A stretch of DNA of 64,000 nt from Sulfurimonadaceae bacterium (GCA_041571435.1 JBFFUI010000006.1:1-64000), one strand, 5' to 3'; counted from the first letter of the stretch, positions 1-11,200 are shown. Notes: a model not told the origin generated them from the sequence alone. Made by a program: numbers and translations.

Positions 1-1
1 C

Positions 2-103
2 AATTCAACGTTGAAAGCTACAGCTATCGAGCTTGGCCTTTTAACAGCTGAAGAGTTCGATAAATACGTAAAACCAGAAGAGATGATCGCGCCTAAAGCG
101 TAG
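2..103 (+). CDS. fumC: Class II fumarate hydratase, C-terminal fragment (runs off window start)
   Basis: Manual translation [33 protein letters not shown] matches the FumC/AspA C-terminus; lies directly upstream of sucCD. Confidence 0.8.
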   Translation, partial: NSTLKATAIELGLLTAEEFDKYVKPEEMIAPKA

Positions 104-130
104 TCGTCCATCTTAAATTAAGGAGAGTAA

Positions 131-1300
131 ATGAATATTCATGAATATCAGGCAAAACAGATTTTTGCTAAGTACGGTGTACCAACACCAAGAGGTATTA
201 TTGCGAACACACCAGCTCAAGCGTTGACTAATGCACAAGAGCTTGGCGGAAATGTCTGGGTTGTCAAGGCACAGATCCACGCTGGCGGTCGCGGTCTTGG
301 CGGCGGTGTCAAGCTTGCTAGATCACTAGAAGAAGTAAAACAACTTGCTTCTGAGATACTGGGTATGACTTTGGTAACACACCAGACAGGTCCTGAAGGC
401 AAACTGGTACAGAAAGTTTACATCGAAGAGGGTGCAGACATCGTTGATGAACTTTACCTTGGTGTTGTTCTGGACCGTGCTAAAGAGATGCCGGTTATTA
501 TGGCGTCTACGGAGGGTGGTATGGCGATCGAAGATGTCGCACATGACACACCGGAGAAGATCATTAAAGTTGCTGTTGACCCAGCGATCGGTTTCCAGGG
601 CTTCCACGGACGTGAATTGGCATTTGGCCTAGGTCTTGCTAAAGAAGAGCAGGGCAAGTTCATTAAATTTGCTGCGGCACTTTACAAAGTGTACATGGAA
701 AATGATGCAGAGATGATCGAGATCAATCCACTCATTAAGACAGCTTCTGGTGACTTCCTGGCGCTTGACGGAAAGATGGGCTTTGATGACTCTGCACTTG
801 GACGTCACCCTGATATCGAAGATATGCGCGATATCTCTGAAGAAGATGCCGATGAACGTGAAGCGTCTCAGTACGGTCTCTCTTATATCTCTCTTGACGG
901 TGAGATCGGTTGTATGGTAAACGGTGCCGGTCTTGCTATGGGTACGATGGACACGATCAACTACATGGGTGGTACACCTGCAAACTTCCTGGACGTTGGT
1001 GGTTCTGCCAATGCCGAGACTGTTGCAAAAGGGTTTGAGATTATTCTTAAAAACCCTAAAGTCAAAGCTATTTTTGTAAACATTTTCGGCGGTATCGTTC
1101 GTTGTGATCGTATTGCTAACGGTATTCTAGAAGCGACTAAGCTGGTTGATGTTCATGTACCTGTTGTCGTTCGTCTTGACGGTACTAATGCAGCGGAAGC
1201 GGCTGAGATCTTGAAAAATGCAAATATCCCTAATGTTATTGCAGCTGACGATTTGGCAGATGGTGCAGCTAAAGCAGTTGCAGCAGCGAAAGGAGAATAA
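131..1300 (+). CDS. sucC: Succinyl-CoA synthetase beta subunit
   Basis: MNIHEYQAK, KAQIHAGGRG, NGAGLAM, NIFGGIVRCD motifs; AAGGAG RBS. Confidence 0.98.
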   Translation: MNIHEYQAKQIFAKYGVPTPRGIIANTPAQALTNAQELGGNVWVVKAQIHAGGRGLGGGVKLARSLEEVKQLASEILGMTLVTHQTGPEGKLVQKVYIEEGADIVDELYLGVVLDRAKEMPVIMASTEGGMAIEDVAHDTPEKIIKVAVDPAIGFQGFHGRELAFGLGLAKEEQGKFIKFAAALYKVYMENDAEMIEINPLIKTASGDFLALDGKMGFDDSALGRHPDIEDMRDISEEDADEREASQYGLSYISLDGEIGCMVNGAGLAMGTMDTINYMGGTPANFLDVGGSANAETVAKGFEIILKNPKVKAIFVNIFGGIVRCDRIANGILEATKLVDVHVPVVVRLDGTNAAEAAEILKNANIPNVIAADDLADGAAKAVAAAKGE

Positions 1301-1303
1301 TTA

Positions 1304-2176
1304 ATGTCTATTTTAGTAAACAAAGATTCAAAAGTTATCGTTCAAGGTTTTACGGGTAAAGAGGGATCTTTCCACGCTGAACAGTGTATTGCATACGGTA
1401 CGAACATCGTTGGTGGTGTTACACCGAACAAAGGTGGACAGACACACCTTGGCAAGCCTGTTTTTAATACGGTTAAAGAGGCAGTAGCAGCGACTGGCGC
1501 GACTGTTTCAATGATCTTCGTTCCACCTGCATTTGTTGCAGACGCGGTCATGGAAGCGGCAGATGCAGGTATCGAACTTGCAGTAATTATCACTGAAGGT
1601 GCGCCTGTACGTGATATGCAGGCAGCGAAAGCATTCGCCGTCAAGCATGGCATGATGACAATCGGGCCGAACTGTCCTGGTATTATTACGGCTGAAGAGT
1701 GTAAGATCGGTATCATGCCTGGTATGATCTTCAAAAAAGGAAACGTCGGTCTTATCTCAAAATCCGGTACATTGACATATGAAGGTGCAAACCAGGTTGT
1801 CAAAGAAGGTTACGGGATCACGACGGCAGTTGGTATTGGAGGGGACCCGATCATTGGTCTTTCTTACAAACAACTGCTTCCAATGTTCGAGGCTGATCCG
1901 GAGACTGAGGCGATCGTTATGATCGGTGAGATCGGTGGTGATCTAGAGATCCAGGCGGCAGCGTACATCAAAGAGAACATTACGAAACCTGTTGTCGCTT
2001 TCATCGCTGGTCAAACAGCTCCGGCCGGTAAACGTATGGGCCATGCCGGTGCGATCGTATCCGGCGGTGCAGGTACTGCAGCCGAGAAGATGGCAGCGTT
2101 GGAAGCAGCGGGCGTTAAAGTCGTTGTCTCTCCGGCTGAGATTGGAAAAGCGGTAGCCGAGGTTTTGGCAAAGTAA
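1304..2176 (+). CDS. sucD: Succinyl-CoA synthetase alpha subunit
   Basis: [21 protein letters not shown] phospho-His motif. Confidence 0.98.
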   Translation: MSILVNKDSKVIVQGFTGKEGSFHAEQCIAYGTNIVGGVTPNKGGQTHLGKPVFNTVKEAVAATGATVSMIFVPPAFVADAVMEAADAGIELAVIITEGAPVRDMQAAKAFAVKHGMMTIGPNCPGIITAEECKIGIMPGMIFKKGNVGLISKSGTLTYEGANQVVKEGYGITTAVGIGGDPIIGLSYKQLLPMFEADPETEAIVMIGEIGGDLEIQAAAYIKENITKPVVAFIAGQTAPAGKRMGHAGAIVSGGAGTAAEKMAALEAAGVKVVVSPAEIGKAVAEVLAK

Positions 2177-2476
2177 ATGCGTGAGACCGTAGAGGTAGCC
2201 AATGTGCGTTGCGGCGGTTGCGCCGCAACGATAGTTAAGACGTTAAAAGAAAAAGGATTCACAGAAGTCTCTGTGGACCTCGAGTGTGAGCCCCGTACAG
2301 TAACAGCAGAAATTGCTGACGAGGCGCAATCAGCACACTTTAAAACGGTCTTAAGAAAACTTGGTTATCCTTTATTTGATGAAAAGACTGGCGTGATCGA
2401 TTTTGCCAGTCTGAAAGCCAAGAGCCTTGTCTCTTGCTCTTTCGGAAAATTTACGGTTAATGATACTACGAAGTAA
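2177..2476 (+). CDS. Heavy-metal-associated (HMA) domain protein
   Basis: N-terminal VxNVRCGGC CxxC motif of the HMA fold, extra C-terminal KAKSLVSC; ATG abuts the sucD stop. Confidence 0.75.
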   Translation: MRETVEVANVRCGGCAATIVKTLKEKGFTEVSVDLECEPRTVTAEIADEAQSAHFKTVLRKLGYPLFDEKTGVIDFASLKAKSLVSCSFGKFTVNDTTK

Positions 2477-2502
2477 TTTCGTATTTTAAAAGAGGAGAAT
2501 AT

Positions 2503-2838
2503 ATGGGAACTGCTATGACTGAATACCCAGGCAATGTAGCTGTATGGGTAAATACTGATAACTGTAAAGCATGCGATATCTGTGTATCTGTATGTCCTAC
2601 AGGTGTACTTGGTATGCGTTACGATTCGACATCAACACTAGGTGCGATGATCTCTGTTGATCATCCAGAAAGTTGTATCGGCTGTAACGAATGTGAACTC
2701 ACATGTCCGGATTTTGCTATCTATGTAGCGGATAAATCACAATTTAAATTTGCAAAACTTACTGACGAGGCTAAAGAGCGTCAGGAAAAGATTAAAGCAA
2801 ACAACTATATGTCACTTGACCAGCAAGGAGTTAAATAA
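2503..2838 (+). CDS. oorD: 2-oxoglutarate:acceptor oxidoreductase delta (ferredoxin) subunit
   Basis: Two CxxCxxCxxxCP 4Fe-4S motifs; precedes oorA. Confidence 0.93.
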   Translation: MGTAMTEYPGNVAVWVNTDNCKACDICVSVCPTGVLGMRYDSTSTLGAMISVDHPESCIGCNECELTCPDFAIYVADKSQFKFAKLTDEAKERQEKIKANNYMSLDQQGVK

Positions 2839-3989
2839 TGGCACTTAGAGAAATAATATCAACTGGTAATGACCTGGCTGCGATTGCAGCAGTTGATGCT
2901 GGTTGTAGATTTTTTGGTGGGTACCCGATTACGCCATCAAGTGAGGTTATGCATACGATTTCAGACCTTCTACCTGCGGTTGGCGGAACAGCTATCCAGA
3001 TGGAAGATGAAATCGCCGGTGTAGCTGCTGCTATCGGTGCTGGTATGGCCGGTGTAAGAACATTGACTGCGACTTCAGGTCCTGGTATCTCTCTTAAAGC
3101 AGAAAACCTTGGACTTGCGCAAATGGCTGAAGTACCATTGGTCGTTGTAAACGTTATGCGTGGTGGTCCGTCAACTGGTCTTCCGACTCGTGTATCTCAG
3201 GGTGATGTTAGACAGGCGAAAAACCCGTCTCACGGTGACTACCGTTCAATTACACTATGTGCAGGTAATCTTGCTGAGTGTTATACGGAAACTGTTCGTG
3301 CATTCAATCTTGCAGACCGTTTCATGCAGCCGGTATTCGTACTTCTTGACGAAACTATCGGACACATGCACGGAAAAGCGATGATCCCAACAGTAGAAGA
3401 TGTTCAAGCAGGTATCGTACCGCGTAAAACATTCGACGGTGCAGCTGAAGATTATCTTCCTTACCAGTGTGAGGCAGATCAACCAGCGGTACTTAACCCG
3501 ATGTTTACAGGTTACCGTTACCACTTTACTGGTCTTCACCACGATGCAAAAGGTTTCCCGACTGAGGAGATCGAGACATGTCGTAAACTGATCCAGCGTC
3601 TCGAAGACAAAGTTATGATGCACACAGATGAACTTGAACTAAATGAAGAGTTCATGCTTGATGACATGACAGGTGAAGAGGGCGAGGTTCTTATCATTGC
3701 TTACGGTTCTGTTTCTCTTTCAGCGAAAGAGTCTATCAGACACCTAAGAGCAGCAGGGATCAAAGCAGGTCTTTTCCGTCCAATTACACTTTGGCCAAGT
3801 CCAGCTGATTCTATCAAAAAATATACTGATATGATCAAAAACGTACTTTGTGTTGAGCTGAACATCAGACAATACACTGAAGAAGTAGAACGCGTTTCCG
3901 GTAGACTTGATATCGAAGGTCTATACAAAGTTAACGGTCGTCCGATTTCTCCATACGAGATCGTAAATAAAGTTAAAGAGGTATTCTAA
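2838..3989 (+). CDS. oorA: 2-oxoglutarate:acceptor oxidoreductase alpha subunit
   Basis: GYPITPS, QMEDEI, TSGPG, MRGGPSTGLPT. Confidence 0.95.
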   Translation: MALREIISTGNDLAAIAAVDAGCRFFGGYPITPSSEVMHTISDLLPAVGGTAIQMEDEIAGVAAAIGAGMAGVRTLTATSGPGISLKAENLGLAQMAEVPLVVVNVMRGGPSTGLPTRVSQGDVRQAKNPSHGDYRSITLCAGNLAECYTETVRAFNLADRFMQPVFVLLDETIGHMHGKAMIPTVEDVQAGIVPRKTFDGAAEDYLPYQCEADQPAVLNPMFTGYRYHFTGLHHDAKGFPTEEIETCRKLIQRLEDKVMMHTDELELNEEFMLDDMTGEEGEVLIIAYGSVSLSAKESIRHLRAAGIKAGLFRPITLWPSPADSIKKYTDMIKNVLCVELNIRQYTEEVERVSGRLDIEGLYKVNGRPISPYEIVNKVKEVF

Positions 3990-3990
3990 C

Positions 3991-4848
3991 ATGGCATTTA
4001 ATTATGATAAATATTTAAGACTTGAAAAGATGCCGACACTTTGGTGTTGGGGTTGTGGTGACGGTGTTATTCTAAAAGCATTTATTAGAGCGATTGACAA
4101 GCTTGGCATTAGCCAGGACGATGTCTGTGTCGTTTCTGGTATTGGTTGTTCTGGACGTTTTTCGTCATATGTGGATTTCAACACAGTTCATACTACGCAC
4201 GGTAGAACAGTAGCGTTTGCAACTGGTGTCAAACTTGTACACCCGGACAAATATGTTATCTGTGTTGCCGGAGACGGTGATGCATTGGCAATTGGTGGTA
4301 ACCACACAATCCATGGTGCAAGAAGAAACATTGATATCACTATGATCATCATCAACAACTTCATCTACGGTTTGACGAACTCGCAAACATCACCGACAAC
4401 ACCACAGGGTATGTGGACAGTATCGCAAAAAGCGGGTAACATTGACCCGACTTTTGATGCTTGTGACCTTGGTATTGCCGCAGGTGCTTCATTTGTTGCA
4501 CGTGAGACAATGCTTGATCCGAAAAAACTTGAGAAAGTTTTTGTTAAAGCACTTCAGCACAGAGGTTTCGCATTCCTTGACATTATGTCTAACTGTCACA
4601 TTAACCTTGGCCGTAAGAACAAGATGGCATCAGCAATGGAGAATCTTGAGTGGATCGACAGCATCACTATTCCTAAAAAGAAATATGATGCGCTATCTCC
4701 GGAAGAGCAGCTTAACAAGTTCCCTACTGGTATCTTGAAAGAAGACACAGAAGTTAGAGAATATTGTGACATGTACGCAGATATCATTGCGGTACACCAA
4801 GGTAAACGTGCAAAAATCACTCAAGACGACTTTGAGAAAAAAATCTAA
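3991..4848 (+). CDS. oorB: 2-oxoglutarate:acceptor oxidoreductase beta subunit
   Basis: WCWGCG, GIGCSGR, GDGD...NN TPP-binding motif. Confidence 0.95.
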   Translation: MAFNYDKYLRLEKMPTLWCWGCGDGVILKAFIRAIDKLGISQDDVCVVSGIGCSGRFSSYVDFNTVHTTHGRTVAFATGVKLVHPDKYVICVAGDGDALAIGGNHTIHGARRNIDITMIIINNFIYGLTNSQTSPTTPQGMWTVSQKAGNIDPTFDACDLGIAAGASFVARETMLDPKKLEKVFVKALQHRGFAFLDIMSNCHINLGRKNKMASAMENLEWIDSITIPKKKYDALSPEEQLNKFPTGILKEDTEVREYCDMYADIIAVHQGKRAKITQDDFEKKI

Positions 4849-4857
4849 GGAGACACA

Positions 4858-5412
4858 ATGGCTAGAACATTAATGAGATTTACAGGTGTTGGCGGGCAGG
4901 GTGTTCTTCTTGCTGGTGAGATCTTTGCTGCTGCAAAGATTAAAACTGGCGGTTACGGTCTAAAGACTGCAACATACACATCACAGGTTCGTGGTGGCGC
5001 TACAGTTGTTGATATTACACTGGACGATGAAGAGATATTCTACCCATACGCAAACGATGGCGAGATCGACTTCATGCTATCTGTTGCACAGGTCAGTTAT
5101 GACCTGTTTAAAAACGGTGTTTCGAAAGGCGGGATCATCGTTGTTGATCCAAACCTTGTTAAACCGACTGAAGAAGACAGAAAAAACTGGAAGATCTACG
5201 AGATTCCAATTATTACAATTGCAAAAGAAGAGGTTGGTAACGTTATTACTCAATCGGTTGTAGCCCTTGCGATTGCAAATACTATGATGAAACCTCTTGA
5301 AAAAGATGTTCTTGTAGAGACTATGCTTTCAAAAGTACCTTCCAAAGTTCACGAAGCGAATAAAAAAGCATATGAACTTGGTGAAAAATACGCTACTGAA
5401 GCAATGGCATAA
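4858..5412 (+). CDS. oorC: 2-oxoglutarate:acceptor oxidoreductase gamma subunit
   Basis: GVGGQGV, YTSQVRGG. Confidence 0.95.
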   Translation: MARTLMRFTGVGGQGVLLAGEIFAAAKIKTGGYGLKTATYTSQVRGGATVVDITLDDEEIFYPYANDGEIDFMLSVAQVSYDLFKNGVSKGGIIVVDPNLVKPTEEDRKNWKIYEIPIITIAKEEVGNVITQSVVALAIANTMMKPLEKDVLVETMLSKVPSKVHEANKKAYELGEKYATEAMA

Positions 5413-5430
5413 GCCAAAGCGAGCGTTTTT

Positions 5431-5455
5431 AAAGCGGTTAAGGCCGCTTTTTTTT
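5431..5455 (+). terminator. Rho-independent terminator after oorC
   Basis: AAAGCGGT-taag-GCCGCTTT stem followed by a T run. Confidence 0.85.
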
Positions 5456-5559
5456 GACCCTTTTTCTAATATTATATAATATCACACCTTGTCTTTTTTA
5501 ATGATCCCGTACTGTACTTATTAAACGTGCAATTAACCGATAATTGTATATCATTGCAC

Positions 5560-5883
5560 AGGTACAACACGTGGTTGCTTGTCACACCTGTGACAAGAGG
5601 AAAGTCCGGGCTGCTGTAAGACAGGGTTCCATCTAACGGATGGCCGACGCAAGTCGAGGGACAGTGCAACAGAGAGTAGACCGCCTCTTAGGAGGTAAGG
5701 GTGAAACGGCGGGGTAAGAGCCCACCAGTTCCTTGAGTAATCTTGGAAGCTATGTAAACCCAACCTGGCAGCAAGAAACAGATGGTTAGCGTCTTACATT
5801 GCTATTGTTTCGCTGGAGCTATATAGTAATATATAGAGTAGATTAATTGCCACATTAACAAAACCCGGCTTATTGTTGTACCT
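5560..5883 (+). ncRNA. rnpB: RNase P RNA
   Basis: Universal GAGGAAAGTCCGGGC and ACAAAACCCGGCTTA motifs; AGTGCAACAGA and GGGTGAAACGGCGGGGTAAGAGCCCACC elements; P1 helix AGGTACAAC/GTTGTACCT closes the ends. Confidence 0.97.
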
Positions 5884-5982
5884 ACTTCAATACGTCAAAA
5901 TTCTACATTATTTTCTCACAAATTATATTCATATTAATTAGTAAAACCCTGAAATAAGCTTGTTGAAATAGGGTGGCTACTT

Positions 5983-6157
5983 TGTGCTTTTGGTCTGATT
6001 TTCTTTGATTATGACTTGTCTTCATACACTCTTTCCTTTTTTTACCGCAAAAAAGGAAACGACAAACTCGCTACGCTCAGACAAGCCGTTTTCTTAACAG
6101 AACTTCGCTCATTTCATTCAGCTCTGCAGATGCCACGAATAACTCAAAAGGTAACAC
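5983..6157. repeat. Structured intergenic element (possible MITE-like or dispersed repeat)
   Basis: 11-bp hairpin 6032-6059, adjacent stem enclosing AAACTCGCTACGCTCAGACA, imperfect terminal inverted similarity; only one copy in this window. Confidence 0.35.
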
Positions 6158-6759
6158 ATTGTTTTATTTAAAAGCTAACGCTTTTATCCCTGGGTTCAAA
6201 GCACTAGCTACTGGAGTCAATAAGTTTAGAGGAGAGTTGTTTAACTACTTTAGAGATTGAATTACAACGTTTGAAAAACAGCGTCTCTCTCTTTTTATCG
6301 TAAACTGTCTCTCTGACGCGACAGAGAGAAAAAGTTCGGTCTATCACGGGTCAAAAATAGAGGGAACATGACATCAGACAAGTGTTTAGTATTTGAAAAT
6401 AGGTTAAAACTTTTTCATAAAATTTGAACTACTATATCCATAAAATATGTATCATACTTCATAATATTAATTAAAAATCCACCGTTAACATCTATCATTC
6501 ATATGTTATAGGGCGCTTGCCTGTTGGATCCAGGATTAGTCTATTTGGATGTCTGTAATACCATCTCGAACACCGGTGAAGTAAATTTTTCATCGTCTAT
6601 GGATCTGATCTTCTGAATTGTAAAGAGATGAAGTATGTTCTTCCAGGGTGAGATGATGAGTGGCGGACAGAGTCAGATTACGATTCTGCTGCGTGCATGT
6701 TGACGAAAAATGTGTTGATATTAATTAATTAAAGTCTGTTTTGCGTTAACAGTAGCGTA

Positions 6760-7374
6760 TTAAAGGGCTACGCTTTCCCAGAAGAAGTCGAGGTGTTTCT
6801 CAAATTGGGTCGATAGAGCCGTTGTAGGCTCGTTATCTATCTTTAGAAGGGTAACTTGCAGCCTGAGGTAGAAAAGAGGGCTCAGGAACTCCGTAGCCAT
6901 TAATTTAGGGTCTCCTGAGCGTATAAGGTCCTCCTGCATCATTACAAAGAAGGCTTCGGAGAGCATTTTGATATTGTTGTTGTGGAATTCGCTCTTAAAA
7001 CTCTCTCTGATAGCACTGTTCTGCAGCAGTTCAATCATGAGTATGCGAAAGAGGCGTTCATTCTTGGCATCAAAGGTCATCAGCTTGTAGCCGACGATAA
7101 AGGAGAAGAGAAACTTCTTGCCTTCTTTGGCACGTTCAGCGATGCTTTTATCGCTCTGTGTTGCCGATGTCGGGGTTGAGAATAGGGTGGCTGCAACGGC
7201 TTTAAAGATCTCTTCTTTGTTGGTAAAGTGGTTGTAGAGCGCGCTTTCTCGTATGCCTACTTTTGCCGCGATCTTACGTACGGACGCCGCCTTGTAGCCA
7301 TACTCCGAGAAGAGCTCCATACTGGCTTTTAGTATAAGATCTTTGGTACTTTTTCCGCTGCCGCTTTCTTGCAT
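6760..7374 (-). CDS. TetR/AcrR family transcriptional regulator
   Basis: HTH: ELFSEYGYKAASVRKIAAKVGIRESALYNHFTNKEEI; start set at ATG 7374 behind GAGGA. Confidence 0.93.
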   Translation of the reverse strand: MQESGSGKSTKDLILKASMELFSEYGYKAASVRKIAAKVGIRESALYNHFTNKEEIFKAVAATLFSTPTSATQSDKSIAERAKEGKKFLFSFIVGYKLMTFDAKNERLFRILMIELLQNSAIRESFKSEFHNNNIKMLSEAFFVMMQEDLIRSGDPKLMATEFLSPLFYLRLQVTLLKIDNEPTTALSTQFEKHLDFFWESVAL

Positions 7375-7386
7375 ATTTTCCTCAGA

Positions 7387-7614
7387 TGAACAGTTGTTAA
7401 TATGTCCCATAACTATATATGAACAGTTGTTAACTTATGCTTAATCTAAGGTGAACAAGTGTTCATATATGGCTGTTTTTCAAGGGTGATAGGTGAACAG
7501 TTGTTCATATGTTTACACCCCTATTTATAGGGATATACACGATATATTTTAGAAGAGTATCTATTGTTTTAGGTGCTTTTTTTAGGGCTAAAAAATGTGG
7601 TGAACATATGGTCA
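7387..7614. promoter_or_regulatory. Array of palindromic TGAAC-N4-GTT(C/A)A operator-like sites
   Basis: Copies start at 7387, 7420, 7452, 7494 plus a degenerate one at 7601, between tetR and the divergent lipoprotein gene. Confidence 0.75.
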
Positions 7615-7665
7615 ATAGCAATGTACGTTAAAATAACGGATGTTCATTTTTCGGAAGTGTATCAG

Positions 7666-8288
7666 ATGCAAGTGTTCATCTGTTTTTTAACCGCAATAGT
7701 GCTGTTGGTTGTCTCCGGATGCGCCAATTCCAAGATACAAATTCACAACGACAATCAACTGATTATCTCCAATGCCAATACAACCATACAGGTCAAGACA
7801 CCTCCTCTGGACACGCACAAAATCAATATGGGTTCGGTCTATGTCGATCAGCATATTATTGCCGCAGATGAAGATCAGTGTATTATCTATGAGAATATCC
7901 GAACGCCGGGTGCCTACGAGTTCAACTTTTCTTATCAACGCAGTATTGAACTTATCTTCAATGCGTACCGTGTAGAGAAACTCAAAAGCTATGGCAACTT
8001 AACTCTGTACCGTGTGACATTGCGAGAAAAGGAGCAGACGACGATTAACCTGTTGGCACTGACAGCGTCTAAAAAATCATTGAAGCTGTGTATGGGTTTA
8101 ATGATGAGGCATTGACAGCGCTAAAGAAAAGTCTTGATCAAAACAACACGGTCATTCATTATACGTTGACGTCATCAACACAACGCAGAGACCACTGCAT
8201 ACAGAGCAGCTGGCAGCCAAAGCTGCTGATCATGGATAATCTTGTGGGCAAAAAGGGTGGTGGGCATATACCTGCCAGAGGTCTTTAG
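7666..8288 (+). pseudogene. Putative lipoprotein split by a frameshift at about 8088
   Basis: Signal peptide with lipobox VSGC from ATG 7666; reading continues in another frame (KSLKL/VYGFNDEAL) at 8088; real lesion or sequencing error. Confidence 0.6.
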
Positions 8289-8289
8289 G

Positions 8290-11200
8290 CTATTTTGCCT
8301 TTCGCTCTTTTGACCTTTCCTGTATCTCTTTCATTGTCTTTTTGAGTCTGCTTTCACTCACCGGTTTCGGGTGCCTGACCGCACCGCTATAAAAAGGTGT
8401 GCACTCCATGGCGGCACTGGATATATCTTTGGGGGCGTCCGTCACGCTGGTCAATGCTTTATCGGTGGTCTCGCCAAGGACAGGGACATAGCTTGCCACG
8501 TCACCGACAACGGACCCGGTACTTTTTACGATGTCTGCACCAAGGTCAAGGATACCGCCTATATTGCCGATGAGAGATTTGGTCGCTCCGCCAACGACAT
8601 TGAACCCTGCAGCTGCCAATTCTATCTGAGGCGCGCTCACATTGCCTTCGACCTGTTGAATAAAGTAGGCACAGTATGTCGGATAGAGTAGGCCGATATA
8701 GAAGTTCTCAAATGTTTGCGTGGTTAGATTGACATCGCCCCGGACAGCGACCAGGTTCTCTTCTGTTGCAACAGCACAATCGACGCAGTGGACAGCAGCG
8801 TTGTCGATGTCGGTCAAAAAGCGCATGTCACCGAAGCGTGTGCTCTTCACATCTTCCTTCTTCATGATGTCGGCAGGGATGTCTTTGAGCGAACGTACGA
8901 TTGGCAGCTCTGCGAAGCTTCCCTGAAAGAGGTTCAAGTCTTGAGAGTTTCGAAGTGTCTCCAGTGTGTCATCGAGATCAACGCCTTTGAGGACCATGTC
9001 TGTGATGCGGATATCACTGCGGCCTTTGATGGTCGATAGGTTCCCATCCGTAAATGAGGGGGAGGAGATGTTTACCGTTGAATCAAGTGTCCCGTCTCCG
9101 ATAGGGATCTTTAGGCCGCTGAATGCGACGAGTATAGGGACAGAAACCTTTGTGGCTGTGAGATGAAGATCTGTATCGGTAAGATTGGCATTCAGTTCAC
9201 CGCCCATCGAATCACTTTTCATGATTGCATACAGTTCGGGTTTGGTCTGCACTCTTCCATTGATGGAGGCTGTTGCGTGATAGGGTGCATTCGGGTAGGG
9301 CTTTAAACGCAGCTGGAACTCTGTGGTCAGGTTCTGCTCTTTGGGTGTATAGTGAAGGTTTTGCAGGCTGATCGTCTCATAGCCTGTTGCGATATCGCCC
9401 TGACTTAGATAGAGATGACCTTTCCGATATGAACCGATGGCAGCGATGTCAGTGTCGTTTGGCCACTGCTTCGTTTTCAGATCGCCGTTGAGATGAAAAT
9501 CACCGCTCTTGAGATCGTAATCACTTTTGCGGAGACGGACTTGAAAGAGCCTGTTATCTACCGTGCCGTTAAGATCTATGAAGCCTTTCGTATTGTAAGC
9601 CTGCAGGGAAGCATTGGTCTCAAGAGGGTCCGTCGCATTGGCATTAAGCATCTTGTGCCACTTTTTTGGCAGTTGAAAGTTAAGCAGATTGAGTGTTAGA
9701 TGTTGATCCCCGTCTTGTTCAAACTCCCCATTGATACGGAGTGGACCTTTCAGCTCTTTTGGGAGTATGATGGTGTTTTTTTCGAGGGCCTTGATATCCA
9801 GTTTATAACGGCTTTTTAACGTCTTTTTTGAAAGATCGAGGACAACATGAGGGACGGTTAAGCGCTCATTGTCGGTTTTAATAGCGGCGTTTCCACGATA
9901 ACGGGAATCTTTGTATTTTAAAGAGAGATTGTGCTCAAGTGAAAAGGGGCGAATCGAGTTGCTTAGATCACCGTAGCCGCTCAGTTTGTCTGATGTGACA
10001 TTCGCTTTAATAGACGATGATGTGTAGCGGAGGTTGTAATCGAGATTCCCTTTCATAACGACAGGTTGGTCTGTCAATCTCAAGATCTCTTCGACAGGCA
10101 GTTTCTTTCCTGCTACGTTGATCTGCTTGTTTTTTTGTTCAAACCTGAGGCTGCCAAGCTCTTTTACATCCAGTTTTACCGTTGTCTTTCGGGGTGTGTA
10201 GTTCAGATAGCTCTTGCCTGAGAGTCTGTAATCACGGTTTAAGCGTGCAAAACGGTCTAAGCGTGCCATTACGAACTCAACATGGCTTCGTATGTCTTGC
10301 TCCGAGTAGCTTAAGTCCTTGACCACTATTGTTTCATAAGGTGTTGTCAGTGTTGTCTTGTTCAATCTGTTCTGTTTGATGTCCAGTGCACCTCTGATGT
10401 TCAGTTTTGGTGCCTGGTAGTAGGTTGTCTTAATCATTTTGGCATTGAGGTTAAAGTAAAGGCGTTGCAAATCCGGTCTGTAACGAAGTGCTGTGTCGTT
10501 GACAATACCGATATTGCTCCAGAGAGCAGGGCGGACAACGATGTCTCCGTCTGTTTCGCTGTTTGCATCTACAGTCAGGGCAATATCGTTTTTAAGCCCC
10601 AGATCCTTTCGATATTTCCATGGCAGTTTCAGATTTTTACTCTGAACTTTAGCCTTCCAAAGCAGCGGCTCGCTGCTTAGGTTGGCATCCGCTTCAACCG
10701 TGGCATTTCCTTGTGCCCTTATCTCTTGATTGGCCATGACCTGAAGCGGTTCCAGTGGCATATTATTTGATATCAAATGGAGCTGATCGTCTTTCAAAGT
10801 AAGTAAAACAGGGCTTTTGAGCGCTTTGGAACTTGCGATGACTGATAAATTGCCATTGGCGTAGTTGAGTTCCCCGAATAGGGCATGGTCGCCCTGGATG
10901 TTAAGCGGTTTCTCGGTCAGGGAAGTGAGTCTGTAGTCAAGATTGAGATCACTGCTGTTAAAGTCATACCGTAAACGGTCTGTCAGAAGGCGATAGTCAT
11001 CGACAGAGAGCAGGTAGCTTGCGTTAAGATCATCCTTCCCCAGTGAACCGTTGAGATCAAGAGCGGCATGTTTTAGTGGTAGGATCTTATCTTTGTGGTT
11101 AAGCATCTCTAGTCTGACCTGGAACCGGCTCTGATCGAAAACATAGGAGAGCTTGTCGAAAGCTACGTCGGTTAATGCGCTTTGTAGCGCCACTTTACTC

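Noticed and set aside
5472-5763. Short minus-strand ORFs
   Set aside because: They overlap the RNase P RNA gene
7387-7508. Regularly spaced repeats as a mini CRISPR array
   Set aside because: Repeats are only 14 bp with 18-28 bp gaps and no cas genes; a TetR operator array fits better
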